Part shown: positions 41,501 through 56,500 of the stretch, one piece after another
Layout of the letters: each line of letters begins with the position of its first letter
Position numbering within the stretch: the stretch's first letter is position 1
The notes under the pieces: model-generated
What the model saw: the letters and a program-made list of their open reading frames with translations, nothing else
The model's database searches: none
What the model was told of the DNA's origin: nothing
DNA from: Eledone cirrhosa
Taxonomy: Eukaryota
Direction of reading: 5' to 3'
NCBI GenBank assembly: GCA_964016885.1
Contig: OZ024741.1
Span: 401,574,001 to 401,638,000, forward strand
Length of the DNA stretch: 64,000 bases
Program-made: the position numbers and the translations under genes

Positions 41501-44500
41501 TGTGCTGTTAATGATGGTTTGGAAGATGTTTCATTAATAAGATCCTGGGATATTAAATTGTCAAGCAATGAGGAAAATCCAGATGTTATTAGACCTGGAA
41601 ACAAAGGATGGAGTCCTGCTATAGATGATAAGAAACTTACAGTAACTATGTTTGTTGGTGACTCATTAAGATATGGTGCATCTATTCATCTGATACGATC
41701 TAAATGTGTTGAGAAGTTTGATGTTATTCTAACTGGTGGAGAGGTTAAAAGATTTAAGGTGAGTTTCAATTAATTTAATTTGTGATAAAACTATTGTCAC
41801 AGTAAAGGTTTAATTGAAATAATTCCATTAATTATGACATATTTGGATAAATTTAAATATCATTTTGAAACATTTAACATAAACAGATGATGTAATGTAA
41901 AGTTTGTAGAGGCAGATGATGAGAAATTATGTGATTTGTATTTTGGAACCATTGATTTAATATATTTTAACTATTTGATAATTATTAGAAAACATTTTGT
42001 TTTGTAAATTATTCTGCATATTTGTCTGAAATGACCAAACCCTTACCTAATGCTGTTTTTCTTTTGTCATTCTCGTGTGTACCTAGAATAATCCAAAAAG
42101 TGAAATTGTTAAAATACCATTTGGTACAACATCAGATACAGTAAAAATCCACTTTGTTCCTGTTTCACCCAATTGTAGACTGAGAGTTACAGTATCTTTC
42201 ATAGGATGTTTTGAATCAGGTTGTAAGTAGGAATTGATTCCATTGATATTAGTACTTTCCCATAAATCCTATATACCTTTACTTCTCTGTAGGCTGCTAG
42301 TATAAAAGTAATAATAATTATTCCTTAATTCGAAAGTGATTTATGATCCAGAATCCTTACATATATCAGTTATATTTTGGTTGACCTATTCAGTACTCTT
42401 TCTTGAAGAGGTAGACAAAATAAATGTCTGTATGTTTTGCTATATTTTATAAGGTGACAAACACCATTTGTCTGTAGAATCACATTTATTTTATTTCATA
42501 TTAATGTTTTAGGAATGACAAAGATTAAAATCTCAACATTTTAATTCTTGGTGTATTTCTGCATTACTCAACTTACTTACTATGATGTAAAATGTCTTGT
42601 GTCTTTTACAGTTTCTAATGGAAAATTCTAGATAGTCATTTCTATCCTTTCTTTCTATATCTCCTACAAGCCATTTTTCTCTTTCCCTGTCTTTCTTGCT
42701 TTCTACCACTTGCTCTGTCTCTCACTCTTTTTCTCTACCCATCTATCTATATGTATATATATATCCTTCCTTTGGCTAACAATAATATTTTCAAAAGACA
42801 AGTTAATTTTTTCTACAATTGTTAAAATAGTTTTGTGTTTCCTTTTTTCTCATGAAACGTTTTACTTCTTATCATAATTTCTTTTGTTGTATTTTACAGC
42901 AACAACCCCAGTAGCAACAACAACAATGTTACCAACAACAACTCCACTCCCAACATGTATGTAGAAAATAATTATTACTTTATAAATATTAAAGTCGATA
43001 AAACCAGTTAGTTCTATATGTACCATTAAAATATATAAAATATTTTCTGAAATAATAATTATATATTTATAAGCAATGCACAATATATATTGAATTCAAT
43101 AAATAAAAATTAGTTGTGCAGCATTTTCTTGTATTTTAAAAATTTGACTTTTATATTTGGGAAATAATTGTCTCTACTTTTGGTACAAGGCCAGCAATTT
43201 ACCAGTATATTACTGGTACTTTATTTTATCGACTCCGTGAGGATGAAGGGCAAAGTTAACCTTGACGGGATTTGAACTCAGAATGGCAAGGGCCGTAACT
43301 CTATGCGTCAAAGCATGGCGTCCAACCCTCTACCGATACTGCCAATAAACCGCCCTATATTTGTGAAATAAATATAAATTTATAAACTGTTTATGATATA
43401 ATACGTAATTTTTATTTCTTTTATTTTAATTTCAGCCACAACTATTCCAACAACAACAACACCACAACACACAACACAAACAGGTAACATATTTCTGATT
43501 AAAATAATTAACTAACGTATAGGAAATCATGATAATAATTATGAAAATATTGTTTTTCTGTTGTCTTTTACTTGTATTATTTTGTAGAATCATGGTGCGT
43601 AGCTAATGATGGTTTGGAAGATGTTTCATTAATAAGATCCTGGGATATTAAATTGTCAAGCAATGAGGAAAATCCAGATGTTATTAGACCTGGAAACAAA
43701 GGATGGAGTCCTGCTATAGATGATAAGAAACTTACAGTAACTATGTTTGTTGGTGACTCTTTAAGATATGGTGCATCTATTCGTCTGATACGATCTAAAT
43801 GTGTTGAGAAGTTTGATGTTATTCTAACTGGTGGAGAGGTTAAAAGATTTAAGGTGAGTTTCAATTAATTTGATTTGTGATAAAACTATTGTCACAGTAA
43901 AGGTTTAATTGAAATAATTCCATTAATTATGACATAATTGGATAAATTTAAATATCATTTTGAAACATTTAACATAAACAGATGATGAAATGTAAAGTTT
44001 ATAGAGGCAGATGATCAAAAATTAGGTGATTTTTATTTTGGAACCATTGATTTAATATATTTTAACTATTTCATAATTATTAGAAAACATTTTGTTTTGT
44101 AAATTATTCTGCATATTTTTTCTGAAATGACCAAATCCTTACCTAATGTTGTTTTTCTTTTGTCATTCTCGTGTTTACCTAGAATAATCCAAAAAGTGAA
44201 ATTGTTAAAATACCATTTGGTACAACATCAGATACAGTAAAAATCCACTTTGTTCCTGTTTCACCCAATTGTAGACTGAGAGTTACTGTATCTTTCATAG
44301 GATGTTTTGAATCAGGCAGTAAGTAGGAATTGATTCCATTGATATTAGTACTTTCCCATAAATCCTATATACCTTTACTTCTCTGTAGGCTGCTAGTATA
44401 AAAGTAATAATAATTATTCCTTAATTCGAAAGTGATTTATGATCCAGAATCCTTACATATATCAGTTATATTTTGCTTGACCTATTCAGTACTCTTTCTT

Positions 44501-47500
44501 GAAGAGGTAGACAAAATAAATGTCTATGTTTTGCTATATTTTATAAGGTGACAAACACCATTTGTCTGTAGAATCACATTTATTTTATTTCATATTAATG
44601 TTTTTGGAATGACAATGGTTAAAAACTCAACATTTTAATTCTTGGTGTATTTCTGCATTACTCAACTTACTTACTATGATGTAAAATGTCTTGTGTCTTT
44701 TACAGTTTCTAATGGAAAATTCTAGATAGTCATTTCTATCCTTTCTTTCTCTATCTCCTACAAGCCATTTTTCTCTTTCCCTGTCTTTCTTGTTTTCTAC
44801 CACTTGCTCTGTCTCTCACTCTTTTTCTCTAACCATCTATCTATATGTATATATATATATATCCTTCCTTTCGCTAACAATAATATTTTCAAAAGACAAG
44901 TTTTTTTTTCTACAATTGTTAAAATAGTTTTGTTTCCTTTTTTCTCATGAAACGTTTTACTTCTTATCATAATTTCTTTTGTTGTATTTTACAGCAACAA
45001 CCCCAGTAGCAACAACAACAATGTTACCAACAACAACTCTACTCCCAACAAGTATGTAGAAAATAATTATTACTTTATAAATATTAAAGTCGATAAACCC
45101 AGTTAGTTCTATATGTAACATTAAAATATATAAAATATTTTCTGAAATAATAATTATATATATATATAAGCAATGCACAATATATATTGAATTCAATAAA
45201 TAAAAATTAGTTGTGCAGCATTTTCTTGTATTTTAAAAATTTAACTTTTATATTTGTGAAATAATAAATATAAATTTATAAACTTTTATGATATATGTAA
45301 TTTTCATTTCTTTTATTTTAATTTCAGCCACAACTATTCCAACAACAACACCACAACAGACAACACAAACAGGTAACATATTTCTGATTAAAATAATTAT
45401 CTAACGTATAGGAAATCATGATAATAATTATGAAAATATTGTTTTTCTGTTGTCTTTTACTTGTATTATTTTGTAGAATCATGGTGTGCTGTTAATGATG
45501 GTTTGGAAGATGTTTCATTAATAAGATCCTGGGATATTAAATTGTCAAGCAATGAGGAAAATCCAGATGTTATTAGACCTGGAAACAAAGGATGGAGTCC
45601 TGCTATAGATGATAAGAAACTTACAGTAACTATGTTTGTTGGTGACTCTTTAAGATATGGTGCATCTATTCATCTGATACGATCTAAATGTGTTGAGACG
45701 TTTGATGTTATTCTAACTGGTGGAGAGGTTAAAAGATTTAAGGTGAGTTTCAGTTGATTTAATTTGTGATAAAACTATTGTCACAGTGAAGGTTTAGTTG
45801 AAATAATTCTATTAATTATAATAATAATAATGAAATTATTGTGTAAAGTGCTCAGGTGCACTACAACTCGTCAATATAGTACATAGAATAATACACAAAT
45901 GCCAGGGAAGTACATGTTTGTATGTGTTAGCTGTAGTGTTGGCGGATCTCGGGAAGCATGGAGGCCTTAAAGGATGCAGTGTCTCGACAGCTAACAACTG
46001 ATGCAGGTAGTTTGTTCCATGCTTCAGCAACTCTGAGCGTGAAAAAATGTTTCCGAAAGTCATGGGAACTGTGCTGTTTTCTTACTTTGTGGGCATGTCC
46101 ACGTGTGTTAGACACATGGAAATCGAAAAGGCACTCAGGGTTGTTGTTGGCAACATGGTTAACAATTTTGTGGGTGTTTACCAAGTCAGTTGCCAGGCGT
46201 CGGAGCTTCAATGAATCCATGCCCAGGGAAGCAAGGCGCTCAGAGTATGGTAGATGCCTGATGGAGGGTATTCGCTTGGTTGCACGTCTCTGAACAGTTT
46301 CCAGGCGGTCAATGTCCTGAGCAAGATAGGGGTTCCAGACTGGTGATGCAAATTCTAAGTGTGGTCACACCATAGCTGTATACAGCCTTAAATAGATATC
46401 TGGAGAGCGGCTGACAAAGGTCTTGCTGAGTGATGCTAAGACACCCTCGGCCCTCTTGACAATTTTAGAGACGTGCCTCGTCCAACGCAAATCGCTGCTG
46501 ACCGTAATGCCCAGGTCACGTTCACAGGAAGACTTCTTGATATTAGTGCTGTGGAGGGAGTATGTGGACGCTGGGTTTTTACTCCCAAAATGCATGGTGG
46601 TGCACTTGTCCACAGCTAGATTGAGTTGCCAGTCTGAGATCCACTGTTGCATTGTGTCCAGGTCAGACTGCAAGCAAGATCTATAGTGTTCAGGATCTGT
46701 CCTTTTTATCTCAAGGTACAGCTTGATGTCGTCTGCGTACTTTAGTACTGTGGCATTCCTTAAGTTGGCATCTATGTCATTAATATATGCCACAAACAAA
46801 AGGGGGCCAAGAACAGATCCCTGAGGTACACCAGATGACATCTCATATGGTGAGGAATGCTATCCCAGAACCGTGACTACCTCTCTTCGACTGAGAATGA
46901 AGGACTTCAACCAGTTAAAAAGATCATCCTTCACACCCATTGCAGAGAGTTTTGCCATAAGCCTTTTGTGCGGCACAGAATTGAAGGCCTTCGCAAAGTC
47001 AAGGTAAACAACATCCACCCATGAGCCGCCATCAGTGATCCGGGTGATGTCCTCAAGAAACTCTATAAGTTGATCACAGCAGCTGGAGTTGGGGATAAAT
47101 CCAAATTGCGAGGGCCGGATAAGACTGTGAGAGCTCCAGAAGTTCCAAAGTGTTTCTCTGACACAGGATTCCATCAGTTTGGCGATGCAACTAGTAAGAC
47201 TGACTGGACGATAGTTCACAGGTGATGTGCGGTCACCCTTTTTGAACAGAGGAATTTCACTGGCAGTTTTCCACTGTTCTGGAGTAGCACTGTTGTTCAG
47301 ACAGAATTGGAAGAAGCGTGATAACTGGTGTAGAAGGAAGTACCCACCACGTTTAAGAAGCAGGTACGTAACACCATCAAGACCAGGAGAGGCATGGTTG
47401 CGTTTATTTTTTAGGTGACGTCGCAGCATTGCAGGTGTAAATTCCATGGTTGTAATAGAGTCCGGTGTCATAGGTGGTGGAGATGGTACACTCTGGTCTT

Positions 47501-50500
47501 CAATGGTGAAAATGCCTGCATAGCATTCAGCAATGAGCTCTGCGCATTCCTTGGGGTCGTCAGTAACCTGGCTTGTGTGGGGATTGCGAAGAGGACCAAC
47601 TGGAGAGTGAGGCCTCTGCTTTGAGTGAACATACTTCCAGAACACCTTACTGTCAGGGCTGGTTGCTATGCGCTGCTCAAATTGAAGCACTGCCTTTTTT
47701 GTCACCTGTTTGAGGTGGTTGGACGATCTATTTCGCCTCTTCCTATTAATGTCTGATTTGTGAAGTTTGTACTCACGTTCAGCATTGCGCCGTTCTTTTC
47801 TGGCAAGACGGACTGCTGCAGTCTCCCAAATTGTGCTTTTAGGATGTTTTTTCCGCTTACGTGGCACCGATGCTGCACATGCTGTCCATATTGAGCTCAG
47901 GATGTTCTGGAGTACAGTGTTGACATCTCCAGAGTCGTAGAACTCAAGCCAGTTTGGCCGTTGCAACTCGGTGCAGTAACAGTTCCAGTCTGCTTTATTC
48001 CAGTCAAAGTGAGCAGTTTGGAGATGGTTGTGGTTCTTGTTACTGCCCATGAGGGATAGATTGGCAATGATCATAGCATGATCAGAGTCACCTAAAGGTT
48101 CCTCAGCAGTAACACTAATGACCGTTTCAGGAGTAGTGGTGAAGAGTAGGTCCAAAGTGTTGTCACCTCTCGTTGGGGAGGTGACCACCTGGGACCAACT
48201 CGAGTCCAGCACCAGCTCAAGGAAGTCATTTGCACTTGGCGGCCAACGAAAGGTCTCCCAGTCAATCTCAGGGTGATTGAAGTCACCTGCAATGAAAACA
48301 TAAGTGGCTGTCTTCCTGGCAGCAGCTCTGAGGATATCACAAAGTTGAGTGTCCTGATGGTAATTTGGGGGACGGTAAACGACTCCAAGTAGCAGTGTTG
48401 ACATGGTCATACGTATATCGCAGAAAAAAACTTCCTGCTGTGATTGGTTCAAATCAGCACAAGGAATTGCCGACAGATTTGACCGAACGTAGACCATTAC
48501 ACCACCACCACGACGATTAATACGGTCTTTACGAAACAGGTTGTAGCCAGTCATGCTGAAAACCCCATCACAGAGTAAGGGATGTGCCCAAGTTTCCGTG
48601 ACTGTAATGAAGTCCGGCTTGATACTTTTGACGTAGGAGTCAAAAAGATGAATCTTATTGCATAGACTACGTGCATTCAAGGACAACAGTTTGTACTTTG
48701 ATTCCAGTCTATGATTATGTGCAGGGGATGGCAGGTTGTTCTGATTTAGTTTCCCAGAGTTTTTTCAGTTTCTTTATTGTCAGTTGTTGTGGGTACACTG
48801 TTTTCAGACCAGCTGGTGTCTCTTTTCCATGATTCGCCAGCCTTAACAAACTTCCATATCTGCCCATCATCTCGTAGGCTGAAGCTTTCATGTTCTGCCG
48901 AGCTGGATAAATTTAAGTATCATTTTGAAACATTTTAACATAAACAGATGATGTAATGTAAAGTTTGTAGAGGCAGATGATGAGAAATTATGTGATATGT
49001 ATTTTGGAACCATAGAATTAATATATTTTAACTATTTCATAATTATTAGAAAACATTTTGTTTTGTAAATTATTCTGCATATTTTTCTGAAATAACCAAC
49101 CCTTACCTGATGCTGTCTTTTTGCTGTTTTCTTGTGTACCTAGAATAATCCTAAAGGTGAAATTGTTAAAATACCATTTGGTACAACATCAGATACAGTA
49201 AAAATCCACTTTGTTCCTGTTTCACCTAATTGTAGACTGAGAGTTACTGTATCTTTCATAGGATGTTTTGAATCAGGCAGTAAGTAGGAATTGATTCCAT
49301 TGATATTAGTACTTTCCCATAAATCCTATAAACCTTTACTTGTCTGTAGGCTGCTACTATAAATGTAATAATAATTATTCCTTAATTCAAAAGTGATTTA
49401 TGATCCAGAATCCTTACATATATCCGTTATATTTTGCTTGACCTATTCAGTACTCTTTCTTGAAGAGGTAGACAAAATAAATGTCTGTATGTTTTGCTAT
49501 ATTTTATAAGGTGACAAACACCATTTGTCTGTAGAATCACATTTATTTTATTTCATATTAATGTTTTTGGAATGACAATCGTTAAAAACTCAACATTTTA
49601 ATTCTTGGTGTATATCTGCATTACTCAACTTACTTACTATGATGTAAAATGTCTTGTGTCTTTTACAGTTTCTAATGGAAAATTCTAGATAGTCATTTCT
49701 ATCCTTTCTTTCTATATCTCCTACAAGCTATTTTCCTCTTTCCCTGTCTTTCTTGCTTTCTACCACTTGCTCTGTCTCTCACTCTTTTTCTCTACCCATC
49801 TATCTATATGTATATATATATATATCCTTCCTTTCGCTAACAATAATATTTTCAAAAGACAAGTTATTTTTTTCTACAATTGTTAAAATAGTTTTGTGTT
49901 TCCTTTTTTCTCATGAAACGTTTTACTTCTTATCATAATTTCTTTTATTGTATTTTACAGCAACAACCCCAGTAGCAACAACAACAATGTTACCAACAAC
50001 AACTCCACTCCCAACAAGTATGTTGAAAATAATTATTACGTTATAAATATTAAAGTCGATAAAACCAGTTACTTCTATATGTACCATTAAAATATATAAA
50101 ATATTTTCTGAAATAACAATTATATATATATATAAGCAATGCACAATATATATTGAATTCAATAAATAAAAAATAGTTGTGCAGCATTTTCTTGTATTTT
50201 AAAAATTTAACTTTTATATTTGTGAAATAATAAATATAAATTTATAAGCTGTTTATGATATAATATGTTATTTTAATTTCAGCCACAACTATTCCAACAA
50301 CAACACCACAACAGACAACACAAACAGGTAACATATTTCTGATTAAAATAATTATCTAACGTACAGGAAATCATGATAATAATTATGAAAGTATTGTTTT
50401 TCTGTTGTCTTTTACTTGTATTATTTTGTAGAATCATGGTGTGCTGTTAATGATGGTTTGGAAGATGTTTCATTAATAAGATCCTGGGATATTAAATTGT

Positions 50501-53500
50501 CAAGCAATGAGGAAAATCCAGATGTTATTAGACCTGGAAACAAAGGATGGAGTCCTGCTATAGATGATAAGAAACTTACAGTAACTATGTTTGTTGGTGA
50601 CTCTTTAAGATATGGTGCATCTATTCATCTGATACGATCTAAATGTGTTGAGATGTTTGATGTTATTCTAACTGGTGGAGAGGTTAAAAGATTTAAGGTG
50701 AGTTTCAATTGATTTAATTTGTGATAAAACTATTGTCACAGTAAAGGTTTAATTGAAATAATTCCATTAATTATGACATATTTGGATAAATTTAAATATC
50801 ATTTTGAAACATTTAACATAAATAGATGATGTAATGTAAAGTTTGTAGAGGCAGATGATCAGAAATTATGTGATATGTATTTTGGAACCATTGAATTAAT
50901 ATATTTTAACTATTTCATAATTATTAGAAAACATTTTGTTTTGTAAATTATTCTGCATATTTTTCTGAAATAACCAACCCTTACCTGATGCTGTCTTTTT
51001 GCTGTTTTCTTGTGTACCTAGAATAATCCTAAAGGTGAAATTGTTAAAATACCATTTGGTACAACATCAGATACAGTAAAAATCCACTTTGTTCCTGTTT
51101 CACCTAATTGTAGACTGAGAGTTACTGTATCTTTCATAGGATGTTTTGAATCAGGCAGTAAGTAGGAATTGATTCAATTGATATTAGTACTTTCCCATAA
51201 ATCCTATATACCTTTACTTCTCTGTAGGCTGCTAGTATAAAAGTAATAATAATTATTCCTTAATTCAAAAGTGATTTATGATCCAGAATCCTTACATATA
51301 TCAGTTATATTTTGCTTGACCTATTCAGTACTCTTTCTTGAAGAGGTAGACAAAATAAATGTCTATGTTTTCCTATATTTTATAAGGTGACAAACACCAT
51401 TTGTCTGTAGAATCACATTTATTTTATTTCATATTAATGTTTTTGGAATGACAATGGTTAAAAACTCAACATTTTAATTCTTGGTGTATTTCTGCATTAC
51501 TCAACTTACTTACTATGATGTAAAATGTCTTGTGTCTTTTACAGTTTCTAATGGAAAATTCTAGATAGTCATTTCTATCCTTTCTTTCTATATCTCCTGC
51601 AAGCCATCTTTCTTTTTCCCTGTCTTTCTTGCTTTCTACCACTTGCTCTGTCTCTCACTCTTTTTCTCTACCCATCTATCTATATGTATATATATATCCT
51701 TCCTTTGGCTAACAATAATATTTTCAAAAGACAAGTTAATTTTTTCTACAATTGTTAAAATAGTTTTGTGTTTCCTTTTTTTCTCATGAAACGTTTTACT
51801 TCTTATCATAATTTCTTTTGTTGTATTTTACAGCAACAACCCCAGTAGCAACAACAACAATGTTACCAACAACAACTCCACTCCCAACAAGTATGTAGAA
51901 AATAATTATTACTTTATAAATATTAAAGTCGATAAACCCAGTTAGTTCTATATGTACCATTGAAATATATAAAATATTTTCTGAAATAATAATTATATAT
52001 ATATAAGCAATGCACAATATATATTGAATTCAATAAATAAAAATTAGTTGTGCAGCATTTTCTTGTATTTTAAAAATTTAAATTTTATATTTGTGAAATA
52101 ATAAATATAAATTTATAAACTGTTTATGATATAATATGTAATTTTCATTTCTTTTGTTTTCATTTCAGCCACAACTATTCCAACAACAACACCACAACAG
52201 ACAACACAAACAGGTAACATATTTCTGATTAAAATAATTATCTAACGTATAGGAAATCATGATAATAATTATGAAAATATTGTTTTTCGGTTGTCTTTTA
52301 CTTGTATTATTTTGTAGAATCATGGTGCGTAGCTAATGATGGTTTGGAAGATGTTTCATTAATAAGATCCTGGGATATTAAATTGTCAAGCAATGAGGAA
52401 AATCCAGATGTTATTAGACCTGGAAACAAAGGATGGAGTCCTGCTATAGATGATAAGAAACGTACAGTAACTATGTTTGTTGGTGACTCTTTAAGATATG
52501 GTGCATCTATTCATCTGATACGATCTAAATGTCTTGAGACGTTTGATGTTATTCTAACTGGTGGAGAGGTTAAAAGATTTAAGGTGAGTTTCAATTAATT
52601 TAATTTGTGATAAAACTATTGTCACAGTTTAATTGAAATAATTCCATTAATTATGACATATTTGGATAAATTTAAATATCATTTTGAAACATTTAACATA
52701 AACAGATGATGTAATGTAAAGTTTGTAGAGGAAGATGATCAAAAATTATGTGATATGTATTTTGGAACCATTGAATTAATATATTTTAACTATTTCATAA
52801 TTATTAGAAAACATTTTGTTTTATAAATTATTCTGCATATTTTTCTGAAATAAGCAACCCTTACCTGATGTTGTCTTTTTGCTGTTTTTTTGTGTACCTA
52901 GAATAATCCTAAAGGTGAAATTGTTAAAATACCATTTGGTACAACATCAGATACAGTAAAAATCCACTTTGTTCCTGTTTCACCTGATTGTAGACTGAGA
53001 GTTACAGTATCTTTCATAGGATGTTTTGAATCAGGCAGTAAGTAGGAATTGATTCCATTGATATTAGTACTTTCCCATAAATCCTATATACCTTTACTTC
53101 TCTGTAGGCTGCTACTATAAATGTAATAATAATTATTCCTTAATTCAAAAGTGATTTATGATCCAGAATTCTTACATATATCAGTTATATTTCGCTTGTC
53201 CTATTCAGTACTCTTTCTTGAAGAGGTAGACAAAATAAATGTCTGTATGTTTTGTTATATTTTATAAGGTGACAAACACCATTTGTCTGTAGAATCACAT
53301 TTATTTTATTTCATATTAATGTTTTAGGAATGACAATGGTTAAAAACTCAACATTTTAATTCTTGGTGTATTTCTGCACTACTCAACTTACTATGATGTA
53401 AAATGTCTTGTGTCTTTTACAGTTTCTAATGGAAAATTCTAGATAGTCATTTTTATCCTTTCTTTCTATATCTCCTACAAGCCATTTTTCTCTTTCCCTG

Positions 53501-56500
53501 TCTTTCTTGCTTTCTACCACTTGCTCTGTCTCTCACTCTTTTTCTCTACCCATCTATATGTATATATATATCCTTCCTTTGGCTAACAATAATATTTTCA
53601 AAAGACATGTTAATTTTTTCTACAATTGTTAAAATAGTTTTGTGTTTCCTTTTTTCTCATGAAACGTTTTACTTCTTATCATAATTTCTTTTGTGTATTT
53701 TACAGCAACAACCCCAGTAGCAACAACAACAATGTTACCAACAACAACTCCACTCCCAACAAGTATGTAGAAAATAATTATTACTTTATAAATATTAAAG
53801 TCGATAAAACCAGTTAGTTCTATATGTACCATTAAAATATATAAAATATTTTCTGAAATAATAATTATATATTTATAAGCAATGCAGGCACATGGCTTAG
53901 TGGTTAGAGCATTGGCCTTGCAATCGAAAGGTTGTGAGTTCAATTCTCAGACCGGGTGATGTGTTGTTTCCTTGAACAAGACACTTTATTTCACATTGCT
54001 CCAGTTTACTCAGCTGTAGAAATGAGATGATAGGGACTGGGGTCCTTATCATTCCACTGCAAAGTGGTCGTGGAGGTACCACAACAAAAAAGCACCCAGC
54101 ACTCACTGTAAATGAGGTTGGTGTTAGGAAGGGCATCCAACCTTGCAAGCAGGGAAAAGCGGACGTAAAATGATGATGATGATGATGATGAATGCACAAT
54201 ATATATATTGAATTCAATAAATAAAAAATAGTTGTGCAGCATTTTCTTGTATTTTAAAAATTTAACTTTTATATTTGTGAAATAATAAATATAAATTTAT
54301 AAACTGTTTATGATATAATATGTAATTTTCATTTCTTTTATTTTAATTTCAGCCACAATTATTCCAACAACAACACCACAACAGACAACACAAACAGGTA
54401 ACATATTTCTGATTAAAATAATTATCTAACGTATTAAAATAATTATCTAACGTATATAAGTAAGGCAATCAAAGATATGAAGACGGGTAAGGCGGCTGGG
54501 CCTTCGGAAATAGTTGCTGAGATGCTGAAAGCCTCTGGAACGGTGGGACACACCATGGTCACCCGGATAGTAAACCAAGTAATACAGGATGGGGTTGTTC
54601 CGAAGGACTGGCGTAGCAGCATCATCATTAACTTTTACAAGGGTAAAGGAGACGCCCTAGATTGGAGTAACTATAGAGGCATTAAATTAATCGACCAGGT
54701 CATGAAGGTCACGGAAAAAGTAATAGTGCAACTAATCAGAGAGAGAATTGATCTAGATGAAATGCAGTTCGGGTTTGTGTCAGGCAAAAGTACCACAGAC
54801 GCTCTTTTCATTGTACGACAACTACAGGAGAAGTACCTAGCTCAAATTAAACCCCTATACTTAGCTTTTGTTGACTTGGAGAAAGCCTTCGATAGAGTCC
54901 CCCGTTCCATTATCTGGTGGGCTCTTAGAAAACTAGGTGTTGATGAATGGCTTGTGAGAGCTATACAAGCCATGTATAAAGAAACAGTCAGCAAGGTTAG
55001 AATTAACAACGAATATAGTGAAGAGTTTAGCGTAAAAGTTGGTGTTCATCAGGGCTCTGTTCTTAGCCCCCTACTATTTATTATTGCCCTACAGGCTATA
55101 ACAGTGGAGTTCAAGACCGGCTGCCCATGGGAACTCCTATACGCAGATGATCTAATGCTCATAGCTGAATCAATGGCCGAGCTAGAGAAGAAATTCCAAA
55201 CATGGAAGCACGGCCTAGAATCTAAAGGCCTTAAAATTAACCTGGCTAAGACTAAAGTGCTAGTTTGTAGGAAAGAAAATAAGGCGCCGGTCCCTTCCGG
55301 GAAATGGCCATGCTCAGTGTGTAGGAAAGGCGTAGGTAGAAACTCCATTTTATATCCCAAATGCAAAGTTTGGGTGCATAAAAGATGTAGTGGGATCACA
55401 GGTAAGCTAACTAAGAACATAGATTTTACATGTGGCCGGTGCTCTGGTGCAATAAGTAGCAGCAAGTGCCCACAAAATACTAGCTCTTTCAATTGCGCAG
55501 AGGGTTCTATAGAAATAGTGGACAGCTTCCGTTACCTGGGTGACAAAATCAGCAGTGGGGGAGGGTGCTCTGAAAGTACAGTAGCTAGAGTCAGGACTGG
55601 ATGGAAAAAGTTCAGAGAGCTTATACCACTATTAGCCGCTAAAGGGTTCTCCCTAAAAATGAAAGGCAGGCTGTATGATGCCTGCATACGAACAGCAATG
55701 TTGCATGGCAGTGAGACCTGGGCATTGTGTGCAGAGGATATACGCAGACTAGAGAGGAACGAAGCTTGCATGCTCCGCTGGATGTGTAATAGTAATATAC
55801 GTGAACGGCAAAGCATAAACGAACTAAGGGAAAAATTAGAAATAAGAGGGATCAGATGTTGTTTAGTCGAGAGAAGGCTACGTTGGTATGGTCACGTGAT
55901 GCGCATGAAAGACGACAGCTGTATAAAAAAGTGCAGGGCAATAAAGATAGACGGTAGCCACGGAGTAGGCAGACCCAGAAAAACCTGGGACGACCTGATA
56001 AATTCCGACCTCACACACTTACACCTCTCCAAGACAATGTCACTGGACTGAGATCTTTGGCGGTACTCAGTAATAGAGAAGACCCGCCTTACCTGAATAC
56101 AAAGTAAATCCTACTACGGTCAGTAGGCATCTCTAACAAAACACATCCCCGTCCCACCACCCCCACCCCATCCACACCGCCCCTTTCAATGTAAAGTTAT
56201 GTTGGTGCCACAACATCCAGGCCGAAACAAATGAGATCGTGTAGGTGTCACGACAAAAAACACACAGTCCACGCTGTAATGTGGCCGTGTAGGCAACACG
56301 GTAAAAACCTACCAGTCCTACACTGTAAATGTGGTTGGTGTTAGGAAGGGCATCCAGCTGTAGAAAACCCGCCAGACAGTCCTATGCGAGCAAGACAACC
56401 ACTCTTGCCTCAAGTGGGAAAACTCCCGTCCAAACCCATGCAAGCGTGGAACATGGACGTTAAACGATGATGATGATGATGATGATGATAGGAAATCATT

